NCBI GenBank assembly: GCA_905178155.1
Contig: CAJINV010000011.1
Coordinates: forward strand, 1,447,216 to 1,511,215
Source: Amoebophrya sp. A120
Taxonomy: Eukaryota; Protista; Dinoflagellata
DNA length: 64,000 nt
Reading direction: 5' to 3'
Every line of letters begins with the position of its first letter. Positions within the stretch are counted from its first letter, which is position 1. Under the pieces are notes generated by a model. It saw nothing but the letters and a program-made list of their open reading frames with translations. It did no database searches and was not told where the DNA came from. The translations under genes and the position numbers were made by a program. Below, one piece after another: positions 46,286 to 57,900 of the stretch.

Positions 46286-49200
46286 ATGAATCCCTACGCC
46301 CCGGCGGCCGCGAAGCCAGCCGGAGCATCCGGCGGTCTGGTTTCTGGTCTCGGCGGCGCGGCTCCGAAGCCGGGCGCAGGCTTAGTTTCTGGCTTGGTTG
46401 GCCCCGCTGCGAAACAAGTCTCGTCCGGGATGGTTGGCCCCGCTGCGAAACAACCGTACGGGATGGTGGGTCCTGCAGCGAAACAAACTGGGCTAGTCGG
46501 GTCGCCGCCGAAGCCGATGGGCATGGTCGTCGGCGCAGCAGGATCATCCTCCGGGATGGTCGGCCCGGCGGCGAAGCAAGTTTCGTCGGGGATGGTCGGA
46601 CCCGCAGCGAAGCAAGTAGTACCTACTTCCGGCATGGGCATGGGCTTAGTTGGCCCGGCAGCGAAGCAGGCTCCCGGGTCGTTTGGTGGGAGTGCAAACG
46701 CGAATGCCACGCCTGTTATTGCACAGAATAGACCCGGTGGAGTTGGTGTCGGCATTGCGAACAAGCCCCAAGGGATGACCGTCGGGGCAGGTGGCGCAGC
46801 GTCGTCTTCTTTAGTCGGGGGACTGAGCAGCGGCGGAGGTGTCGGTGTTTCAGCGTATAACAAGCCGGTCGGAGTAAGTGGTGTTTCTCCGTATTACTCA
46901 AGCATGACATCAGCGTCTTCGTCGTCCTCGGCGTTGCCGAAACCGGTTGGAGCCACGGTGGGTGTAGGCGCTCCTGCAACTGGGATTGGTGCGAAACCGG
47001 TGGGAGTTGCGTCGGCCGTGCCACAGCCCTCGTCCGCGTCGTCTGCGCCGAGAGGGAGCGTCATCATTAGCCAGCTGGTGGACGGGAATCAGGCGAAATT
47101 GCCAAGTAAAAGAAGTTTCCCCACGCACTATTTGAACATCTACTTCGAGGACGACATTTATTCCTGTGAGGATACATAACACTCAACTTCGTATGTTGAT
47201 CGTAGCTCCTACGCTTGCATTGTTATTGCGCATTTTTTGAACTTCAAGCTAACTACTTCCTCTCTTTCGCAGGTGCAACGGCAACACCGGTCCAGCAACC
47301 GATAGGCGTTTCCCCCGGCCTGTCTCCAACCATTCCTGAGCAACCGGCCGCGGTTGGGGTCCCGAAGGACGCGGCTGCCTCTATGGCGTTCTCAAACGTT
47401 ACATTCTCAACCGTTACATGAATTTGTCATGCAAAATTGCCATTAATATCTACATGATCAAGCTGCTTCGCATGACAGGTTCCCGACTCGCTAGATAGCA
47501 TTAGAATCTGCGCCAAACCTGTAATGCAAAAGGCGCAATCTTTCCCCTTTCACTTTTGCCATTCTTGCATGACAGATTCATATAACAGTTCGGAATGTAA
47601 CAGTTGAGAGCGCCATAGCCTCGTTTTTGGAGAAGGTGGGCGTCTACGAGCTGGAAGAAGAGAAGAAAAAAGCGGAGCAAGCACTTCTGAAAGTTTCGGG
47701 TGCGACGCCGAGAGATGGCACTGCAAGGAGTTCCTCGTCAGGTATGATAGACTGGACAACTGTTTTTTTTTCATATGACTGCTGTGCTTCCAGCATCAAA
47801 CGATTCTGGGTAAGCAGTTGCATCGTTGAGGAGGACGAAGATTTGAACCCATACACACCACTCTCCCCGATAAAACATCACAAAATCCAGCCGCCGCGAA
47901 ACAAGACAAAGACGCCAAACAAGACGACGACCTCTCCCCGATGAGTTTTGCCGCGGTGGATAGCAGTAGCGTTCTCAACCGCACGATCCTCGGCGGTACT
48001 AGCCGCTCGAGTGGTGCAAGAATTCCGCATATTGCCCCCCTCTCCGTCAACGCCTTTCATCGAGGGTCGCTTCATTTCCACACCTTTCTCGGGCAACTGG
48101 AGCATGTGGAGTACTTGCTGGTTGATGCCGAGAACCAGGGCGACCAGTTCTTCGTCAATTCGGTGGACACCTACGGAAAAAGAACGGCTCTGCATCTAGC
48201 CTGCTTTCAAAACGAACCTGAGGTCGCTGAGCTGCTGCTGCAGCACGGCGCCGACCCGTTTGCAAGGGACAGAGATTTGCGAACGCCGTTGCACTACGCG
48301 AGCTACAAGGGAAGCAGGAAGATCGTGCGGATGATCGTATCTATATTATTTTTCAATTGTGTAATTGCTTCGTACTGCTAACCACAGCTTCAGCTTGTGA
48401 TACGAATCCTGTACTTTTTACCGCTGACGATCTCAATCGCAAACCTAACTATCTTCATGTCCAGCTCGGCATGTCTTTGCACAAGCTCCGGCAGGAGATC
48501 GTGGCGAAATTCCGCAAGCTGAAGCTCCAAGCCCCGGAATACGATCCAGAACTCGCAGACGAGAACGCGTATGAACGAAAATGCGCGAAGGATTGCTGCG
48601 GCGAGTATTTCAAGAACCTGGAGGAACTCCGCTACAAGTTACTCGCCACAGAAGACATTAAAGGCATGACCCCGCTCCATTACGCGATTCACGACGCCTG
48701 GCAGGGGTGTCTCTCCACCTTGCAACTCCTTCTGGAGGGCGCGCTAATCGAGCCGTTGGCATTTTCCGCCACCGGGATCGGGGGCGGAGAGCAATCAAAA
48801 GACCCGAAAACGTCGCACATCACCGGGGGAAAACTGGGCCCGGTGAACCAGGCAAACAAAGAGGCGCTGATGCAAGACCCGAAATTTCAAGTGCTGAGCA
48901 AAACGAATTGCTTTCCCGACTTCTTTTTCAAGGTCTTGCTCGCCTTTGAAGTGAAACTGCTAAAGAAGGCGCACAGCGACCGGTCGCGAGCCATTACGGA
49001 CGAATTACTGAACGGCCCGGACGCCGGGGGCTACACCATGCTGCACCACTGCGCCTGCGAGGGCAACTACCGCGCGGTGCAGATTCTGATTCAAAAAAAG
49101 GCGGACCCGAAAGCCAGAACGGTGGCGGCGAATGGTACAGTGTTTCGAAATAAAAATATATTGCTACTGCCAAAGCAAAGCGAACTCCCTATTCGTGATG

Positions 49201-52200
49201 AAAAGCATGTAAGTACTTACTTCTGACACATAGGTTACTAGAGAAGCAAATTTTACTCTTTCATCACAGCGTCCCGCGCCAAGCAAGACACTTTGACGGA
49301 TGCGCTCGAAGTTGGCAAAACGCCCTTCGAACTTGCCAAAGACGCCGCGACGAAGAAGGCACTGCAGCAGTACTTCACCGCTACGGTAAAGGAACAGGAC
49401 GCCAAGCTGGATGACAAGGAGCAGCTTCTGCGGGAACGAACGCCGGCGCTCAAGAACAGTTCCCCGTCGAAACGGTCCCGAGTGAACTCCTCGGAGTGGT
49501 TTGACGAAGACGAAAACAATCTCAACTCCTTTCTCGCCGATCCGAATGTCATCGCGCGACGGCAGGCGCGCGCGGCAGAGGAGTTTGGCGACTACGTGAA
49601 CGAGGAGAAGGGCTTTCTCGGGCGAAACTCCTGCCACGCCGCTTTATTCACGGCTATTCTGAACAAACCCGGGGGCAGCGAGGGCCTGGGAAAAACGGTG
49701 AAAAGCAGTGGGTTCGAATCCGCGCACGCGTCGCCGAGTATGGCGGGGAAATCGATGAAGAGTTCGAGCAGCACGTCGCCGAGCAAGGGAGGAAGTGCGC
49801 CTGCGGCTGGAGGTGGAACCAGTGCCCTGGAGGTACTAAGAAAGTACTTTTTTCTTTAGAAAGCCACTAGGTCTAGGACGGACATGAATGGGTTCTGCCA
49901 TAGTGCCATAATGCCATGAGTTCTACTCGTCAGAATGGGTTATGCCATATTGCCATCGAGAGTAATGTTATGCTGCATGCTACCACGTCCAGTGCTACAG
50001 TGCGTGCTTCATACCCTCGTGGATGATACAACGCAGCATGTTGTGACGAGTGTGATGATATGCGATAGCGTTGCCGGGACCTCTACGCGTGGTGGAAATA
50101 TGTTGAAAATTCATCAGACCCTCCTCGAGATGCACCCGGAAACGAATCCCTGGGGTTCGGACGCTTCCGGTTGGAGCAGCGTGCACTACGCAGCGGCCTA
50201 CGGAAAGTTTGACGAGCTGCGGATCCTGCTGAGGCACAGTCGCCGCCACCTCCACGATCCGGCGAACGCGGTTGGGAGGAACGACCCACTGGTTCCGGGA
50301 AAACCGCTCCCACCACGGAAAACCCAAACGGTTTCTAAAAGACCGAAGTCCGCGAGCAAGAGTGGGGGAACGGCGGAGGGCGTGGCACGGGTACGCCCCA
50401 AAACGGCGGCTGGGATGAGAAGTACTGAGTGGTTTGTCCCGGTTTCGTTTTATTCAGAAGGCGTGCAGCCCTAACACCGCCTAGTTTTTTGCAACTTCTT
50501 CACTCGAAATTTTGTGTGAACAAAAGAATCGACCCGACAATGACAAATTGATATATGCTGAGAGTCCTCCCTTCCAAAACTACTTACTCACATTAGACGG
50601 CGAGGCGATGACCCGGCGCACGCCGACGCACGTTGCTGCCCAGGGTGCTTCCAAAGGGCACGCCGACCTGATTCTCGGACAGTCGGAACACGTCAAGTGT
50701 CTGCAGGTTCTAGAGGACGAAGGTTGGCTCCAGATCGAGGCACGGGACGAGAAGGGCTGCACCCCGATACTCGCTGCAGCGGCGAAAGGAGCGAGTATTA
50801 ATAGAAGGGTTGATGATTTTCATCGTTGAACAAGTTTTGTTTAACGTAGCATTGTCATACGCATAGCTTTTTTCATCACCCAGAAGATCATGCCACCGTA
50901 GTTTGAAGTTGTACAAAATTTCTCATGACAACTCCTCAGCCGCTGCGGTTCACTGGCTTCTCCGCAAAGGGGCCGACGCCTACGCTGTGGACCAAAACAA
51001 CCGCAATCTTCTGCACCTCGCGTTGCTCGGGGGGCACGTCTCTCTCACCCGCCTGCTGGCCTACTACGACGCGGACCGGTGCTTTTTTTCGTCCCAGAAG
51101 GACTGCCGCGGGGCCGTTCCGAGTCAAATTGTGACTGGGAACGTCAAGTCCGAGGACTACTGCACGATCTGGGAGGCGGCTCGGAAGGGCGATCTGGACA
51201 AAGTGCGAGCGGCGCTGCGGCTGGGTACGGAGATCGACGGTTTGTCCCCCTCCGGCTGGACGCCATTGATGTACGCCTGTGCAGCGGGACACGGCATTTT
51301 GGCCAGATTTTTGCTCTCCTGCAACGCGTCGGACAGTAGGTTGGCGGGGGACGAGAGTACCGCGGGACCTTTGTACGATTTGGAAAACGAAACGCGGCCA
51401 CACGAGGGGAGGCAGGCAATTCACCTGGCCGCAGAGTTTGGACACCCGGAGATTTGCGTGTTACTGCGGGATATCAAGGGCGCGGACATCAACGTATTAT
51501 TCGGAAATGAGCGAATTTTTTTTTCGTTACCGGTTTTTCTTGACGTCGTTGCGCTTAGTTACGCACGAAAAGTTCTGTGCAGAAATGTGCCTTGTCGTAG
51601 GTTTGTTTCTACTTGAGTACTTAGTGTAGTGAATCAATGAATGATGAACAAACGTTGTCATTCACCATACAGTCTGCTTGTGACGATTTCGGCAAGACAC
51701 CTCTCATGTACGCCTGTTCCGGCGGAAAGATCGAGTCCGTGGACGCCCTGCTGAAACTGCCGCAAACCGATATTTTCGCGACGGACAAGCGCGGCAGGAC
51801 GTGCTTGCACCACGTCGCTCTTGCCGCGGAGAAAGATCCGGATAGGAAAAAGGACGCGGATTGCGCTCAAATCCTGAAAAAAATCGTCTCCCTAGTTGGG
51901 GTGAAGAAGGCCGCAAGTCTGTGGAAGAAAACCTACGACAGGGTGACAACCAATGCCGAATTCCTCCTCGAGAAGGAGCAGCCAAAACTCGCTTCTTCCG
52001 CACCGTCGTCAGCGACAAGCAATAGGAAGAGAGAGCAATCCAAGCCGGTCACGGCATTAGACGAAATCAAGATCCTCGATGACCTCCGGCACTTCGGCGG
52101 CGACGGCTGGAAGTCCAAAACGCAGAACATGATGGCGCGGCTGGCGGCCCATCTGAAGGAGGAAACCAGGAAACGGGACGAAATGATGCGCGATTTAGAA

Positions 52201-53459
52201 GAGAAAGCGGGCTACCAGATCGAGCGCATTCAAGAGTACGAGAGAAGCGGAACGGTATTGCCGAAGGAGAAAGCGGCGCCGACGACTTCTCTGGCGCCAG
52301 TTGTGGGAGCTGCGCCGAGTAGTGGAGTGGGGGTTGCGCCGAAATCTGCAGCTGGTATGACTCGAGTTTTGGACTATGGAAATTTTGTAATATGCTGATG
52401 GGATGCATTGACGTAAAGGCTTTTACTTTTACATCGTTTGTTCTAACCTCCACCTCAGTGCCTTCCGTCTCCTTCGCCGCGACTAGCAAAGCAGGAGCAC
52501 CCGCGCAGCCGATGCTCTCTCCCGGTTCTAGCGATGTTTCCATCATCAACAGCCTTGCAGCGAAAGCGAAGGCGCCAGTAGCAGCCACTGCTCCCGTGGC
52601 AAACTCCGCTTTGCTCACCGGAACCAGCGCTTCTGCAGCGTCGACATCTGCTGCGGTCAGAATGCCAGCTGCCGCGACGTCAACATCATCTATTGCAAAA
52701 CCTGCGCCGTCGGCAGTATCAGCATCGTCGTCTGTCGCACCAAAAAATCCGGCTACGGTACTGTCGTCCGCTCCGACCGTTTCGCCAACGCCTGGCGCTG
52801 TCGCAAAACCAGTCGGCATCACGGGAATGGGAAGTGCTGCTGTAGCGAAGCCAGCAGGCCTGGTTGCTGGCCTTGGCGTTGGGGTCGGCGCGGCGAGTAA
52901 ACCAGTCGGGGTAGCGGCGCCTTCAACTGCAGCCGGTGCCAGCAGTCTCGTCGCAGGGCTAGCGGCGAAGTCTAGTGCACCCGTCGCGGCTAAGCCTGTC
53001 GGCATTACCACCACCACACCAACGGCAGCCACAGCTGCCGTCGCGAAACCAGTCGGAATCACAGCAACAGCGCCAACCGCGGCAGCTAAACCCGCTGGAG
53101 TTTCTCTCGTAGGCGCTCCCCCCGCTGCTGCACAACCGAAACCAACCGGGATTGTCGGCCCGGCCGCCAAAACGGTAGTTGCCGCGAGCAAACCGGCCGG
53201 CACAACTGTGGCCAGACCTGCGAGTGCGAAAGCGAAGGCCAGAGCGCATTCCCCCGCTGGCAGTGACAAGTCCTACGGCGGGGAGTCGTTCCTGTCAGAG
53301 TCCATCGAAATCGGGTCCGATTCGTCCTCGGACAGCCCGATTGTTGGCGTTGGAGCGAAGGCGAAAGCGAAACCCAAGGTCGCTGGTCCGCCGTCATCCA
53401 GTTCCTCGAGCGCAAAACCGGCCGGCGGGGGACCCAAGGGAAGCGACTACAACTTTTAA
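46286..53459 (+). CDS. Large ankyrin-repeat protein with AKPVG/GPAAK low-complexity termini, 10 introns
   Basis: Exons 46286..47105, 47273..47381, 47623..47741, 47891..48336, 48465..49134, 49270..49832, 50118..50421, 50597..50794, 50940..51493, 51673..52354, 52459..53459. Ankyrin motifs RTALHLAC, RTPLHYA, GMTPLHYA, GWTPLMYAC, GKTPLMYAC. Nine phase-consistent GT-AG introns. Confidence 0.88.
47382..47617. mobile_element. Introner/MITE-like non-canonical intron
   Basis: TSD GCCTC; TATGGCGTTCTCAAACGTTACATTC / GAATGTAACAGTTGAGAGCGCCATA; removal gives DAAAS|FLEK. Confidence 0.92.
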
Positions 53460-54979
53460 GTTGAATGGAGTCATCTTCAACAAGTTGAGATAAATGACAT
53501 CTGTACTACTTGTTGAGCTTGTTGCACGTACTGCTACTGAAATGGTAGTTTCGGCTCAAAATAATCATGAGCCTCAACATTCTGGGCTACAAAGTAGATA
53601 CGAGCTACTTCTTAGAGCTTTTTTGACAGCTATGAAATAACTACGCAAGAGCTGCAATACCTACGAACACAAGAACAGATAACAATTGATAACACCTGGA
53701 TCTATCAAACAGAAAAAAGGATTACAAAAGTATCAGTCTGTGACTGTATATGCTTTTTCTTTTATTTCAATATCGGCTATTTCAGAAATTTTCTCACTCT
53801 CGCGGCGAGAGAGTGAGTTCTTGTTACGCATTAATCACTTTGATTTATATGTTTCGTGTAAACCTAAACACCGAGCTAGGAAGCGCATGGGGGTAGAGGG
53901 TCAAACAAGTTTTTCCATGTGAGCGAGCTTTTTTTTCTAGATCCACAAAGAATCAGAATGCCTAGCCCTAACTTGAGCTTTTTGTCGCTGTCGTGAGGCG
54001 AGCGACTCAAGCTGCAATGTGTAGTCGGCTACGAAGCGAAGAATACTACTTCTTCCACTGTCATTATATAATTCAACAAGATCGAAAAACGCGAACGACT
54101 GGTAGAATTCAAATTCGAATTTTGTAGAACACGAGGACATGATTGCGCGCACGCTAAACCGACTAGCTACAATAGATACTTAAAACGCACTTTGATCAAA
54201 TCGAGCTTTCTACATATCATATCAGCCTGCTATTCAGTGGCCGTAGTCATGCATGCATGGGGTCGTGCACTATCGTCAGGGTCGTAGTCTTACTTCTGCT
54301 CGTGTTCCAAGAAGGCAAAGCCCATCCGTCTGTCGACAGACGAGCACAAGTAGTAACTCTAAGTGCATGTTCTTGCGATCAATATGAACAAGATCAACAA
54401 CTACTCTACACGGAATTTATACGTAATTAATCGATTTCGATTCTACTTCCGCAAGCAAAAGTAGCAGGGCTTTGTCCACTAATTCCGGGAGGGGCAGCCG
54501 CAGCTGGTCCACGTGCACCAGCACTGCCGCATTGGGCTAATGAACATCACGCGGATCGTCAACGTTAAGACTCATCCTTGGGGGAAAAAATGGCGATGCC
54601 AAACACATCAAACAGAGATCATTTTTGTCCTGTAGTTCTTACACCAACTCATTTGTTATTGTTACGATGAACTGCCCTCACGTGAAAATAAATTGCTTGC
54701 AGGACACCATTGACGACATTTACCCCATGGCTTTCCCACCCACATCTCACTCATTTTTACCCATGTGCTGTTTTAGCGAGGAGATTGTACCAGCGCCCTT
54801 AGAGGAGCGATTCATTTAACTGACCTTTACGCGTATTTTTTTGAAGAACAAGAACTACGGAACGAGTATAGAAGTACAATATTAGAACAAGTACCAGTAC
54901 ATCACTCACGACTTCTGCATATGCAGTTGAGCCAGCAGATGAAGATGATTCGATAAAAGCAAAGAAAACCCGCGCCGCC

Positions 54980-57900
54980 ATGTCGGGAACCGGTACACAA
55001 AACGACCCAATAGTCTTGTCCGACTCGGACGACGACGACAATAACAACAACCAACAGCCTCTCGGTAATGGAGGGGATGATGGGTCAGACGGCGATGACG
55101 GTAGTTCTCCATCCCTACAGCAAGAGGAGGAGGACTCAGAAGAGGAGGAGTCTGATGAGGAAGAGCCTGAGTCAGTCTTCGAGGAAGGGGACCCAGACGA
55201 GCAAAATGCGCCTGGTTTGTCACCACCCGACGAAGAAAATAGCGGGGAGGCCACTCCAATAGCGGATCAGTCTCCGTTCGCCGCGGTAGTACCTGGGCAG
55301 CAGCAGCAGCAGCAATCAGCAGCAGCGCCGGCGGTCATAGATGCAGCCTTATCATCCTTGCCTCCCATGGGCGACGTAGCGGACGCACTCGCCGCGCATT
55401 ATCAAATGTAAAAATGTCTGGGTCTGAAAGGTTAGAACTTGTCATGCTAAATCTGAACGATGCAAAAATCTGTGTTGCGTGAGTACCAAAAGCTGTCCGC
55501 TTTTGACCAAGTGGAAAGGGAGTTTCTCATGCAGGAAAGGCATGATAGAGACCTCAAAAGATCTGTCATGTTGGGTCTCGCATTCCAGACCTCATGAGTC
55601 ATGGAAAACCTGCATCACAAATCTTGCATTCTTCCAGACCCAGACATTTTTACATTTGATACGCATTTTCTGTCTCCCAAATGGCAAGCGGAACACGCCG
55701 CGGGTCGTGTAGAAGTCCTCTCGGGAACAGGAGCAGGAGGAGCTGCAGTCGCTTCCTCCAGCTCCAGCTCGAGCCACGTGCTGTTTGGCGCGCAGCTGAC
55801 CGGTGGCAGTAGTTCATCATCTGGGGGCCAAAAATCTACAGCGCTGTTGTTTCAAAAGGAAGAGACGCGCCATCGGCACAGAAGCGGCGTGCATGAGCGA
55901 CCTGGTCTTGAACAACAACAAGCGGTACTAGAAGTAGAACCCAGAACTGGTTCCAATGTGTTGTTCAGCGCGCTTGCTGCTTCGACGTCGTCGTCGTCTG
56001 CGGGCAATGTGACTGGAGCCTCCACTTCTAACGCGGGAGCAAATGTCGCCGGCGATATTACCTCCGGAGCAGGTACGCAAATTTGAAATACACTTGCAGC
56101 ACTGCTGCCCCACTATTTTAGTTTTTGGCTTAGTGATCATGTGGTAGAAATCAGTCGTCTTGCCCTCGTGCAGAATATTTTGCAGGACGCTGTCATGGAC
56201 GCGTCATTATCCTATCGCCTGTACCATCGTGCATCATGTTATACACGACGGCGCACTGAGAGTTGATAGGTCAACCTCGCACGTACTCAGCAACTTCAAA
56301 AGCAAAAATCGCATTCAATTTTCATTTACGATTTAATATTTACAGCACCAGCTGCTTCGCCGCCACCGGAAGACGAAGAGAACGAAGGGATAAAATCTGC
56401 TGCTGCCAGCGCCGGCAGCAGCGACTCTTCCGTCGCTCACCACGTGGAAGAGGCGGACGCTGAGCTCGCGAGCCAGCAACGTGGTCCAGAAGCCTCCCTC
56501 ACAGGGGTCAAACTTGACCCATCACCACAAATTGCTGGCACAACCAGTCTGTTCGCTGCGGTGGAAGCAAGTAAAGCGCCACTAGGTGGAGCAGCAGCAG
56601 GCGCGGCCGCCTCCAGCTCCTCCGCAGGTTCTCGTGCCCAGATTGACGTTGCCGTGGTCACACAGAATACCCCGCACTTCGGGCCGATGCTGGACATGGA
56701 AAACGAAAGCCTCGACGACAAGCTTCTGCGCGAGAGGATAAACAACTTGAGTGAGTTGCGACCGAATCCGAATAGCCAGGATCGGTTGCCGCCACCTCCT
56801 GCAGCGTCAACATCTAGCGGAGGAGGAGCTGTAGCACCAGCTGCAACTACTCCTGCATCGGCAGGATCAACATCTTCAAACGCGAATGCGGATGAGCAGC
56901 AAATCCAGCTGTTGACCAAGATCATGGCCAAGGAGCCAAGGTTATTGCCGCAAAATCTCCTTCCGAACAGCAGCAGTTCCTCCGGCGAAGACCACGACGA
57001 GGTTCTTGCGCCGGCGGGGTCTCCTGGAAACACAAATGTCATGCAGCTCATCCCAAATACCGGCACCGCCAAGAAAGCTTCACCCGACATCAACACGATG
57101 AAAGGTGGACCACCCGCAGTAGTTTCAGCAGACTTGGCGCGGTCCCCGTTTTCCATGATTTCTGCGAACGACCCGAGAAACCAGGCACTCAAGTTCGAAC
57201 AGATCGGCGGATCATCCTCGTCCTCCGCGATTATCGCCGATGCTGTGATGCAGGACGCCGAGAATAAAGAGAAGTCTTCAGCTGCAGGCGATATAATTCC
57301 AGAGGAAGAACTCCTTCCTGCTGCGAAGAGGGCAAAAATCGCGGACGATGATGAAAATGCAGCTTCCGGATCTTCTAATGCCGCCGCTGATGACCGACTC
57401 GGCGGAGCGAGTTCTGCTTCGTCTGATTTCGGCGGAGGTGGTACTAGCGCAGCTAACATGATAGCCAGCCCAAGCCCGGAAGAGGAGATTTCGAAATCAG
57501 GAGGAGCCGATGGCGATACTGCAATGCTGCAGGGAGGAGAACAACTACAGCAGCTAGTACAGCCTCCTGCATCCTCGATGTCCCGCGACGGCCTGACACT
57601 CTCCGAGAAACTCCCCCCTCCGTTGTTTTCGGCCCGAAGTTACCAGGCGTTCAGTACGGAAAAAAGCATTTTGCCGGGGACGATAACCTCCGCCGAAGGT
57701 GGTGGCGCAGGAACGTCGGCACTTAGTCAGCCAGGAGCCGGAGCCTCGTCTTCAAGCAGTATGAACAATCTGTTGTTCTCAGCCGGTGCGCCCGCAAATC
57801 TCAATCTTCCATCCGACTTGCTGCCGAACAAAACTACGAGTTCCGATAAAAATAATTCCTCTCATCTCTTCCTTGCGCTCAACGCCTCTGCGAGAGTTTC

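Noticed and set aside
52067-53269. 400-aa minus-strand ORF (and similar at 46294, 56437, 19991)
   Set aside because: Antisense to low-complexity + strand exons.
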